DNA of 31,576 bases from an uncultured Bacilli bacterium (GCA_944332375.1 CALVJU010000049.1:1-31576), one strand, 5' to 3'; numbered from the stretch's first letter, positions 17,777 through 25,690 are shown. The notes: generated by a model not told the origin, from the sequence alone. Numbers and translations are program-made.

Positions 17777-18508
17777 ATGAAATTAAAAACTGTTTTTGTC
17801 ATTGTTTTGACATTGATTCTTGTATTTTTAATTTATTTATCTAATATGGATCAAAAAGTATATTATGTGGCACTTGGAGATTACCAAGTACTTGGGTTAA
17901 CAAATAGTGGAGAAATTACTTATGGATATTCAGATTATTTAAAAGAAGAATTAAAATCAAAAAATAAATTAGAACGATATATCAATGGGTTTGCGAAAGA
18001 TAATATGAGAATTACAGATATGATTCATGATATTACAGATAATAAGACAATACAAATGAATGGAAAAGATCAGACTTTAAAAAATGCCTTAATTAAAGCA
18101 GATTTTGTTACACTTTCGATTGGAATGAATGATTTATATTATAAAATTGGAGTAAATCCAGATTTTGAAACATTAAATTATAATGAGGTATATTACCATA
18201 TCGATGAGATGATGATTGATCTGGAACGTTTATTCCAGTTACTAAGAGAATACTGTAAAGAAGATATTATTATGACGGATTTTTATAATCCATTGGAAGA
18301 AAATGAGAAATTAAATGAAATATTAATCTATGCGAATGAACGCTTGTATGAACTAGCAAGTACTTTTCAAATTCAAGTTGTAAAAATTCATACTGTGTTC
18401 CAAAATAAAAATGGAACGATTACAAGTATTTATCCAACAAAAGAAGAATATCAAAAGATCAGTGAGAAAATGAAAGAAACCATGGTCGATACTTTGTTAA
18501 ATGATTAA
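17777..18508 (+). CDS. Membrane-anchored SGNH/GDSL-fold protein lacking catalytic Ser and His
   Basis: N-terminal TM; YVALGDY (block I), SIGMNDL (block III), SIYPTKEEY (block V); start moved to 17777 after GGAGG. Confidence 0.8.
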   Translation: MKLKTVFVIVLTLILVFLIYLSNMDQKVYYVALGDYQVLGLTNSGEITYGYSDYLKEELKSKNKLERYINGFAKDNMRITDMIHDITDNKTIQMNGKDQTLKNALIKADFVTLSIGMNDLYYKIGVNPDFETLNYNEVYYHIDEMMIDLERLFQLLREYCKEDIIMTDFYNPLEENEKLNEILIYANERLYELASTFQIQVVKIHTVFQNKNGTITSIYPTKEEYQKISEKMKETMVDTLLND

Positions 18509-18543
18509 AACATGGTATAATTCTTATAAGTGAGGTGAATCAT

Positions 18544-19185
18544 ATGGGAAAAAATATTTTTGCAAAAGTATTTTTATGGATGTTTATTGGACTTTTGATT
18601 ACATTTGGAACATCGTTTTATGTATCTACACAAGAATTTTTAGCTTGGAATGTATTAAAGCTAGGTTGGGTTTGGTTTATTATTGAACTTGCCATTGTTA
18701 TTTTTCTGGCTGCTAGAATTACAAAAATGAGTTCGTTTACTGCTAAGCTGTCGTTTGCACTTTATAGCTTTGTTACAGGATTGATGTTATCTTATATCTT
18801 TATCATTTTCTCATTACCATCTATTTTGTTGGTATTTGGTGTAGCAGCTTTGATGTTTGGTATTTTTGGACTATATGGATATTTTACAAAAGTGGATTTG
18901 ACGAAAATATCTAGTATTTTAGCAATGGGATTGGTTGGTATCATTATTGTCAGTCTCATTAATATTTTCTTAGGAAATGCTATGGTTGATACAATTATTT
19001 CCATTGTAGGAATTGTGATATTTACTTTATTTGTTGCATATGACATTCAGAAGATAAAATCATTTTCCTCTTTTTCTAATATTCCAACAGATAATTTAGC
19101 AATTTATGGCGCATTACAGCTTTATTTAGACTTTATTAATATCTTCTTAAATTTATTAAATCTTTTTGGAAATAGTAGAGATTAA
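18544..19185 (+). CDS. Bax inhibitor-1/YccA family membrane protein
   Basis: Seven hydrophobic segments, YGYFTKVDL, AYDIQKIK, GALQLYLDFINIF. Confidence 0.95.
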   Translation: MGKNIFAKVFLWMFIGLLITFGTSFYVSTQEFLAWNVLKLGWVWFIIELAIVIFLAARITKMSSFTAKLSFALYSFVTGLMLSYIFIIFSLPSILLVFGVAALMFGIFGLYGYFTKVDLTKISSILAMGLVGIIIVSLINIFLGNAMVDTIISIVGIVIFTLFVAYDIQKIKSFSSFSNIPTDNLAIYGALQLYLDFINIFLNLLNLFGNSRD

Positions 19186-19192
19186 AAAAAGC

Positions 19193-19268
19193 TTGCCAAA
19201 TAGAGATAAATCTGGTATATTATTAAAGTATTTAATATCTATGACTGAGTTTGTCATGGCGGAAGGAG
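19193..19268 (+). promoter_or_regulatory. rpmE promoter and probable L31 leader
   Basis: TTGCCA-N17-TATATT (19193-19221); leader hairpin ATGAC/GTCAT (19241-19257) followed by GGCGGAAGGAG. Confidence 0.55.
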
Positions 19269-19277
19269 AGAATCAGT

Positions 19278-19490
19278 ATGAAGAAAAATATTCATCCAGA
19301 ATATATGGATACAACTGTTACTTGTGCTTGTGGAAATACTTTCCAAGTAAGAAGTAATCAGAAGGAAATTCATGTTGAAGTATGTAATCAATGTCATCCT
19401 GCTTATACTGGAAAAAATTCACAATTAGGTAAGAGAGCTGGAAATATTGAAAAATTCAACAAGAAATATAATCTAAAACAAGAAGCATAA
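19278..19490 (+). CDS. rpmE: 50S ribosomal protein L31, zinc-binding type
   Basis: MKKNIHPEY, CACGN, VEVCNQCHPAYTG; start moved to 19278. Confidence 0.98.
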   Translation: MKKNIHPEYMDTTVTCACGNTFQVRSNQKEIHVEVCNQCHPAYTGKNSQLGKRAGNIEKFNKKYNLKQEA

Positions 19491-19509
19491 GAGAGTGCTT
19501 CTTCTTTTT
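19480..19509 (+). terminator. Terminator after rpmE
   Basis: AAGAAGCA / TGCTTCTT stem followed by T-run. Confidence 0.7.
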
Positions 19510-19564
19510 GTATTTGATGAGATAGAGAAAGAAAATGATCCATAAGTACGATAGAAAAAAACTA

Positions 19565-19593
19565 TTGAGTATCTTGGTATAGACTGTTATAAT
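19565..19593 (+). promoter_or_regulatory. Sigma-A promoter of the orphan gene
   Basis: TTGAGT-N17-TATAAT with TG extension. Confidence 0.7.
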
Positions 19594-19627
19594 ATTATAT
19601 GGGTTGAAAAGCCTAGGAGGGTTAGAA

Positions 19628-20167
19628 ATGAAACAACTAGATGTTAAGAATTATCAAGTGCATGATGAAGTACATTTGCGTAGAGTGCTTATGATGAGAA
19701 TGTTTTGTGATAGTGAGATTTATACTTTAGAACCAGTATCAAGAAATGGAGAGAGAATTGTTTCTTGGCCAGAAATTCAAGAATCTAGGGAACAATGTTT
19801 TGAAAAGATTGTTTCTCTTCTTGAATTAGAGGATATGAAAAAGATGGAATCTTTACTGTTAATTACAGAAAATCTTTATTTATTTCACAAACAAATGGGA
19901 AATGATCTCTCTTTATATGAAAATATCTTATCTCAAGATAGCATTGAACATATGGGAGAAATGATTACTGAGGAACAAGCGATTTCTCTTTTGAAACAGT
20001 ACTTGACCATTGCTTGCTCTAATTATGAATGGAGTGAAGATTCAAGAGCAATCTATGAATCGATGAAAGAGTCAGAAGAGTATCAATCATTTCTTGAAAA
20101 AGTGAAAGAATTTCAAAATAAATTTCAGTATACTTATCGTGGAAAAATCTATACAAAGTTAACCTAA
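19628..20167 (+). CDS. Hypothetical protein (orphan, about 179 aa)
   Basis: RBS AGGAGG before ATG 19628, own promoter and terminator; acidic, helical-looking; no family recognised. Confidence 0.85.
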   Translation: MKQLDVKNYQVHDEVHLRRVLMMRMFCDSEIYTLEPVSRNGERIVSWPEIQESREQCFEKIVSLLELEDMKKMESLLLITENLYLFHKQMGNDLSLYENILSQDSIEHMGEMITEEQAISLLKQYLTIACSNYEWSEDSRAIYESMKESEEYQSFLEKVKEFQNKFQYTYRGKIYTKLT

Positions 20168-20196
20168 AAAATCACACCAAATCGATGTGATTTTTT
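20166..20196. terminator. Bidirectional terminator between convergent genes
   Basis: AAAAAATCACA (20166-20176) / TGTGATTTTTT (20186-20196). Confidence 0.8.
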
Positions 20197-20507
20197 TAGT
20201 TACCAGAACCAATATTTCCTTTCTCTTGAAAACGAGTTTCATATTTTTGTAATACTTGCTTTAAAGATTCTTCTAATGAAATATCAAGACAATTGGATAA
20301 ACAGAGAAGAGAGAATAAGACATCTCCTAATTCAAGTGCTAAATCTTCTGTTTTAGAAAACGTCTCTTTTCCATAATGAGACCCCTTTAAAAGCTCTTTT
20401 CCTACTTCCCCTACTTCTGATACCAAATCGAGATAACGAAGCTCTGGAGATGTCTCTAAATGATATTTCTTCACAAAATCATTGACTTGTTCCTGTAACT
20501 CTTTCAT
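20196..20507 (-). CDS. MazG-like NTP pyrophosphohydrolase
   Basis: LVSEVGEVGKE and ELGDVLF motifs, 103 aa; RBS AAAGGAGG. Confidence 0.9.
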   Translation of the reverse strand: MKELQEQVNDFVKKYHLETSPELRYLDLVSEVGEVGKELLKGSHYGKETFSKTEDLALELGDVLFSLLCLSNCLDISLEESLKQVLQKYETRFQEKGNIGSGN

Positions 20508-20536
20508 GCTTTTCCCTCCTTTTCACTAATTATATC

Positions 20537-20570
20537 AAAAAAATGTTAGTTTTCTATTCCTAACATTTTT
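20537..20570 (-). terminator. Terminator after mbl, abutting the extended -10 (TGATATAAT) of the MazG-like gene
   Basis: AAAAATGTTAG / CTAACATTTTT 11-bp inverted repeat. Confidence 0.75.
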
Positions 20571-21558
20571 ATTTATCAATCAAATGAAGATTATCTAATA
20601 AAATACCAGTTCCTTCAGCAACACAAGTAAGAGGACTTTCGGCAATAAAAACAGGAACTTTCAACTCATGAGATAATAGTTGATCAAAACCTTTAATCAA
20701 AGCTCCTCCCCCTGTAATCACAATTCCTTTATCAATAATATCTGCAGATAATTCTGGAGGAGTCTGTTCCAATACATTTTTTGCTTGATGAACAAGTAAG
20801 TATACACTTTCACGTAACGCTTCTTCTACTTCATCAGAAGAAAGTGTAATCGTATGTGGGAGACCTGTTACTAAATCTCTTCCTCGTACTTCCATCTTTT
20901 CTACAGTCTCACTTGGATACACAGATCCAATCGTCATCTTAATCTCTTCTGCAGTACGATCTCCAACTAGTAATTTATATTTATCTTTAATATATTTAAT
21001 AATATCAGTATCAAATGTATTTCCAGCAACTTTCACAGAACAACTTGTTACAATTCCACCAAGAGATAAAATAGCAATATCTGTAGTACCCCCACCAATA
21101 TCAATTACCATATTTCCACTAGGCTTTGAAATATCCATACCTGCTCCAATCGCAGCAACTTTTGGTTCTTCTTCTAGAAATACTTTCTTTGCTCCCGTTC
21201 TCTCAGCAGCTTCTTTAATCGCATTCTTTTCTACTTGTGTAATATTTGATGGACAACAAATTAAAATACGTGGTCTTGATAGGAAACTTTTTCCATTCAC
21301 TTTACGAATATAATGATTTAACATAATTTCTGTTAAATTAAAATCGGCAATGACTCCATCTTTCATTGGTCTAATTGCTTGTACTCTACCAGGAGTTCTT
21401 CCTAACATTTCACGTGCTTCAGTACCAACGGCAAGAGGTTTTTTTGTTTCAGAATCAATGGCAACGACACTAGGCTCATTTAACACGATTCCTTGACCCT
21501 TAATGTATATTAAAACATTTGCTGTTCCTAAGTCTATTCCAATGTCTTTTGTAAACAT
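20569..21558 (-). CDS. mbl: MreB-family actin-like protein (Mbl by position)
   Basis: GIDLGTAN, IRPMKDGVIAD, DIGGGTTD, TGGGAL; downstream of spoIIID as B. subtilis mbl. Confidence 0.92.
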   Translation of the reverse strand: MFTKDIGIDLGTANVLIYIKGQGIVLNEPSVVAIDSETKKPLAVGTEAREMLGRTPGRVQAIRPMKDGVIADFNLTEIMLNHYIRKVNGKSFLSRPRILICCPSNITQVEKNAIKEAAERTGAKKVFLEEEPKVAAIGAGMDISKPSGNMVIDIGGGTTDIAILSLGGIVTSCSVKVAGNTFDTDIIKYIKDKYKLLVGDRTAEEIKMTIGSVYPSETVEKMEVRGRDLVTGLPHTITLSSDEVEEALRESVYLLVHQAKNVLEQTPPELSADIIDKGIVITGGGALIKGFDQLLSHELKVPVFIAESPLTCVAEGTGILLDNLHLIDK

Positions 21559-21622
21559 TTACCATCCCTCCTGTACTAACTCTTTTTATTATATCACAAA
21601 GTCTTTAGAAATAGTAGAAAAA

Positions 21623-21871
21623 TTACAGTTTCTGAAACTTTTTTTTCGTTGATTCTCCTCCCCTAATGTGTCGAATACAATTGTGAAAATTTAATATTTT
21701 TTCTATTTCCAAATAGAGGGAATAATCTACTTTTTTCAAACGTTCGTGCAAATCTTTATGAACTGTACTTTTAGATACCAAAAAATGATTTGCGATCTCT
21801 CTAACAGTATACCCAGTTTTTAACATATAATAAGCTTCCTCCATCATTCTTTTATAAATTTTTGTATTCAT
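21623..21871 (-). CDS. spoIIID: Sporulation transcriptional regulator SpoIIID
   Basis: TVREIA..F.VSKSTVHKDL.ERL and RHIRGGEST. Confidence 0.96.
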   Translation of the reverse strand: MNTKIYKRMMEEAYYMLKTGYTVREIANHFLVSKSTVHKDLHERLKKVDYSLYLEIEKILNFHNCIRHIRGGESTKKKFQKL

Positions 21872-21917
21872 TTCACACCCCTTAATTCATTATATAAATA
21901 AGTTATTTATTTATACG

Positions 21918-21938
21918 AAAAAAAGAGGAGTCCTCTTT
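21918..21938 (-). terminator. Terminator after spoIIQ
   Basis: AAAGAGG/CCTCTTT stem with T-run on the minus strand. Confidence 0.65.
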
Positions 21939-22575
21939 ATTCTTCTTCTGATTTTACTTTTTGATCAAAGTATTCATTTGGATTTACTGTTTGTCCATTA
22001 TCAATCAATTCAAAATGTAAATGATCTCCTAAGTCTTTTTCCACATTAGAAGTTCCACTCTTTCCAAGTACTTGTCCTTGTTTTACAGTATCACCCTTTT
22101 TGACATCCACAGTACTTAGACTTTGATAAACACTAATTAGATTATTATCGTGTTTTACTTCTACAATCTTTCCAAGTAATTCATCTTCGTCTACACTACT
22201 GACGGTTCCATCCAAAATGGCAGTAACATCAAAATTTTCTTTTCCACCAAAACTAACCCCACTATTTTGTAAATAAGTATTTTCATACAAAATTAAGGAA
22301 CTTTCTTGTTTCGCACTATCTGCTTTATAGTCATAATAGTCTTTTACAACAGTGACATCAGGATCAGTATAAGGTCTTGTAATGATGACATCAGAATTAA
22401 TGACCGGTTCTACATCTTCAAAAATGGTTTCTGATACATATCCGTATTTATCATCTTCTTGAAATCCATCTTGTTGAATAAGAGATTCAATCATATAAGC
22501 ACAACCTAGTACAAGGACAATGGCTCCTGCATAGACAAATGGAATGACTGATTTTTTTAACTTTCTTTGTTTCAC
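21937..22575 (-). CDS. spoIIQ: SpoIIQ-like single-TM LytM/M23 protein
   Basis: Basic N-terminus plus one TM, LytM fold (V.AILDGTV, VKKGD.VKQGQ.LG.SG, HLHFE); between spoIID and spoIIID; start moved to GTG 22575 after AGAGGTG. Confidence 0.88.
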   Translation of the reverse strand: MKQRKLKKSVIPFVYAGAIVLVLGCAYMIESLIQQDGFQEDDKYGYVSETIFEDVEPVINSDVIITRPYTDPDVTVVKDYYDYKADSAKQESSLILYENTYLQNSGVSFGGKENFDVTAILDGTVSSVDEDELLGKIVEVKHDNNLISVYQSLSTVDVKKGDTVKQGQVLGKSGTSNVEKDLGDHLHFELIDNGQTVNPNEYFDQKVKSEEE

Positions 22576-22592
22576 ACTATCACCTCTATTTA

Positions 22593-22621
22593 AAGTGTGA
22601 ACAGAATAGAAAAATTTATTC
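22593..22621 (-). promoter_or_regulatory. Putative sigma-F/G promoter of spoIIQ
   Basis: Minus strand GAATA-N17-CACACTT. Confidence 0.4.
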
Positions 22622-23536
22622 AATATTTTGTATTTCAATTCCTTGAAAATAATATTTTAAAATTTCTCGATAATTCGCCCCATTCTCAGCCATCCCATAG
22701 GCTCCATATTGACTCATTCCTACACCATGTCCAAACCCTTTTGTATGGATTGTAATCGTATTTTGCTCTTGCTTTATTTCAAAATAACTAGAACGTAGTC
22801 CTAATTGTTTTGTTACATCACTCGCTTGAAATTCTACGCCATTAATGGTCAGTGTTTTCATTCGTCCTGTAGAAGTCGTTGTCAATACCTGAACAGTGAC
22901 TGTATCATTCCAGTCTAGGTTTAGTTTTTGATAGAATTCTTCTAAGGAAAAAGTCTTAGTATCTTCATATACAGGAGATATCTCTTTTTCCCAGTCTGAT
23001 TTCACACTTTTTAAATAGGGCAAACTCTCTTGAAATACCTCTTCACAATTTTCCGTATATCCAGTACTTGTTGAAAAGAAAAACACTTGCGCAACTTCAC
23101 CTTGGTATGCTAAAAATTCCCCTTCCGTTTCTAACACTGCAGTTTGTACTCTATTGATCTTTTCTTTAAAATCATCTTTCCATCGTTCTTTTAATTCTTC
23201 TTGATTATAATAGACTTGATTCATTACAGTATCCACAACATCATATTCTTGCTCTTTTGTATTCTCCATCTTTTTTAACACATAAGTCCTTGCTGCTACT
23301 GCTTGTGCTTTTAAAGCTTCCATCGGAAATGTTGTTGGCATTTCTCCAGAAAGTACACCCACAACATAGTTTTCTAAAGGAACCTCCTCAATAGTATTTT
23401 TACTTTCTCTTTTCACCCGCACCATAGGACTATCTTTGAAATATATGATATCTACTTCTTCTTTCTTTTGAAATAAGAATAACATGAGCATTGGAATCAT
23501 GAGAAACATGATTGTTATTAATATAAATCGTTTCAT
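22616..23536 (-). CDS. spoIID: Stage II sporulation protein D (lytic transglycosylase)
   Basis: YVVGVLSGEMP with catalytic Glu, EALKAQAVAARTY, GFGHGVGMSQYGA. Confidence 0.97.
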   Translation of the reverse strand: MKRFILITIMFLMIPMLMLFLFQKKEEVDIIYFKDSPMVRVKRESKNTIEEVPLENYVVGVLSGEMPTTFPMEALKAQAVAARTYVLKKMENTKEQEYDVVDTVMNQVYYNQEELKERWKDDFKEKINRVQTAVLETEGEFLAYQGEVAQVFFFSTSTGYTENCEEVFQESLPYLKSVKSDWEKEISPVYEDTKTFSLEEFYQKLNLDWNDTVTVQVLTTTSTGRMKTLTINGVEFQASDVTKQLGLRSSYFEIKQEQNTITIHTKGFGHGVGMSQYGAYGMAENGANYREILKYYFQGIEIQNIE

Positions 23537-23541
23537 ATCAA

Positions 23542-23575
23542 TAGTATATCCAAGAAAAATAAAGATTATGTCGAA
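23542..23575 (-). promoter_or_regulatory. spoIID promoter region with Spo0A-box match
   Basis: Minus strand ACATA-N15-GGATATACTA; TGTCGAA (TGNCGAA consensus) at 23569-23575 on plus. Confidence 0.5.
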
Positions 23576-23598
23576 AAAAACACACCAAAAGGTATGTT
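23574..23598 (-). terminator. Terminator after rpiB-ywzB
   Basis: Minus strand ACATACC-TTTT-GGTGTGT followed by T-run. Confidence 0.7.
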
Positions 23599-23801
23599 TA
23601 AGAGATTACAATAGATGAATTTACAAAAAAGTCATAAAAGAAATTTACTACTAAATAAGATAGTGCTAAGCTTACCATTAAATAGAGTATTTTCACTTGT
23701 AATTCATGATTCTTCTTGAATTTATTATTTAAATTAATAGAATCTAATGCATAGATAGAAAGAGGTACTGCGATAATATAGAGAATCGTTTTAATTGTCA
23801 T
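23598..23801 (-). CDS. DUF1146/YwzB-family small membrane protein
   Basis: YALDSIN...FKKNH..QVKIL...SLALSYLV.NFF pattern; upstream of spoIID as ywzB. Confidence 0.88.
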   Translation of the reverse strand: MTIKTILYIIAVPLSIYALDSINLNNKFKKNHELQVKILYLMVSLALSYLVVNFFYDFFVNSSIVIS

Positions 23802-24228
23802 ATTGATTGATATCCCTTACTCTTCTTTGATAGCGTTCTATTTGTTCAAAAGGAGTTGTGAGAAAGGTATGAACAATATCTTTTGCCTGTTCGAAAGGAA
23901 CTCTCCCACTCAGTGCGATGACATTGGCATCATTATCATTTCTCGTTGCAAACGCATCTTGAACATTACAAACTCTTGCGCAACGTACGTTTCTTACTTT
24001 ATTACATGCAATACTCATTCCAATTCCAGATCCACAGATGAGAATCCCAAAATCTACTTTTTGATCTCTTACAGCTTCTCCTACTAGAAAAGCATATTTC
24101 GTATAATCGACCATCTCTTCTGAATCAGATCCATAATTGATTACTTCATATCCTTGCTTTTTTAAATCATCGACTAATTCTTTTTTTAACGTGACACCAT
24201 GATGATCATTTCCAATTGCAATTTTCAT
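23791..24228 (-). CDS. rpiB: Ribose-5-phosphate isomerase B
   Basis: IAIGNDHHG, GILICGSGIGMSIACNKV, NDANVIAL. Confidence 0.95.
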   Translation of the reverse strand: MKIAIGNDHHGVTLKKELVDDLKKQGYEVINYGSDSEEMVDYTKYAFLVGEAVRDQKVDFGILICGSGIGMSIACNKVRNVRCARVCNVQDAFATRNDNDANVIALSGRVPFEQAKDIVHTFLTTPFEQIERYQRRVRDINQYDN

Positions 24229-24237
24229 ATTTCCTCC

Positions 24238-25497
24238 TTACGCCTGTGTCTGTATATTAGAGACTTTCTTTGGTTCTTGTCTTACTAAAACCTTTCCTTT
24301 CTTTCCCATCTCCATTGGATTTTCTACAACTTCTTTTCCAACTGTTACTTGTTCTCCATCTACCATTTTTTGAATTGTATCATGGTCAATTGGAACTGCA
24401 TATGGTTCTTCTACTTGACTACCATCTTTTTCTTTTATTGCAGTTCTCGTAGGCTCAAATAAAACAGGATCCGTTTCAGGATTTGTAACAATAAATGTTT
24501 TATTTTCAGGATCAGACATGTCATGAACAAGATGAGAATCTACTTTTAACATTTTTAACACATTATGACTGATCGTTACAATTTGTTCATGACTTAAATT
24601 TCCTCTAGATCTGCTCGCAAACTCTGCTAAAACACGGAATGCACGATCTTCAAGTTTGACTTTAGAATTCGTCGCTTGTTGTACTTCAATTTGAGAAAGA
24701 ATATTCGTGTAATAAGGAGCTAACGTCGGATCGTTTAAAAAGGCTCTTGTTCCCTGATAAGAACTATTTTGGAATATAGATTCTCTTTCATTTCCTTCCG
24801 TTAATTCCTTTTTTCTCTTTTCAACATAATTAGAAACACGAACATTTTGAGCATCCATAGTAGGCGTTTTTAGTGCTTCTGTTTTCTGCATAATCATATC
24901 AATATTATTTGAAAATTTCTGAAATAAATTGCCATAGTTCTGTTGAATCTGATTCAAATAGTTTTCGGAAAGTTGTGTACATTTACTTTCAAAAGATTTA
25001 TAGTTAATTGGTTTTCCTGGTTGTTGTTTTCTTGCTCTTTCAATCGAGGTGTAAATTCCATCTTGACAATATAATTCTTGTTTTTTTTGACATAAACTTT
25101 GTAATCTCGTATTGATATCCTCTTTTGAAAGTTCGATTCCACTTTTGATCTTTTGAATCGTATCAGGCAGTGTTGCTGGAGCATCGAATTGTGGCTTTTC
25201 AATTTCACGGCTAATAACATCTGGAAGTGTTTTTAAATATGCTTCCATGTCTTGACAACAAGAATATAACTCCTTGTTTGTATTGTCGACATGATCGACA
25301 TGACTGTTGTGAAATATTTGATAGATATCATTGTATGATAAAGAAAGTCCCTCTTCTTTTGCCAAAGAGAAAATCTTTTGTGTGTATTTACTTTCTGCCA
25401 TTGAATTATTTGTTGTTAACTCCGTAAAAAGACTATCCGCCGTTAAGTATAAATGAACGGCATTTTGTAATTCATACATATTTGCAACATCAGGCAT
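24238..25497 (-). CDS. Hypothetical protein (orphan, 419 aa)
   Basis: RBS AGAGGTGA; extended -10 TGCTATACT (25536-25544, minus); no signal peptide or recognised family. Confidence 0.88.
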   Translation of the reverse strand: MPDVANMYELQNAVHLYLTADSLFTELTTNNSMAESKYTQKIFSLAKEEGLSLSYNDIYQIFHNSHVDHVDNTNKELYSCCQDMEAYLKTLPDVISREIEKPQFDAPATLPDTIQKIKSGIELSKEDINTRLQSLCQKKQELYCQDGIYTSIERARKQQPGKPINYKSFESKCTQLSENYLNQIQQNYGNLFQKFSNNIDMIMQKTEALKTPTMDAQNVRVSNYVEKRKKELTEGNERESIFQNSSYQGTRAFLNDPTLAPYYTNILSQIEVQQATNSKVKLEDRAFRVLAEFASRSRGNLSHEQIVTISHNVLKMLKVDSHLVHDMSDPENKTFIVTNPETDPVLFEPTRTAIKEKDGSQVEEPYAVPIDHDTIQKMVDGEQVTVGKEVVENPMEMGKKGKVLVRQEPKKVSNIQTQA

Positions 25498-25631
25498 GAT
25501 ATCTCACCTCTTTTTATATTTCCATATCTAATCATAGTATAGCACACAGTATGCGAAATATGTGGAAAAAGTGTCCATTGATCAGTCAAGAAAGTGTCAA
25601 CAAAATAAAAAGGAAGATTCTGTCCGTTCGA

Positions 25632-25660
25632 TTGACTGAAAATATAAAAAACGTTATACT
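25632..25660 (+). promoter_or_regulatory. Sigma-A promoter of the femABX cluster
   Basis: TTGACT-N17-TATACT. Confidence 0.75.
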
Positions 25661-25690
25661 AATAATGGTTATATAGAAAGGATGATAAGG

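Noticed and set aside
21894-21910. Palindrome ATAAATAA-G-TTATTTAT upstream of spoIIID
   Set aside because: Almost purely A/T with low information content; the promoter match nearby is also too weak to call
25561-25640. TCAGTCAA/TTGACTGA inverted repeat, AAAGTGTC direct repeat and one DnaA-box-like TGTGGAAAA
   Set aside because: Short matches, one of which is the fem -35 itself; a single imperfect DnaA box does not indicate an origin
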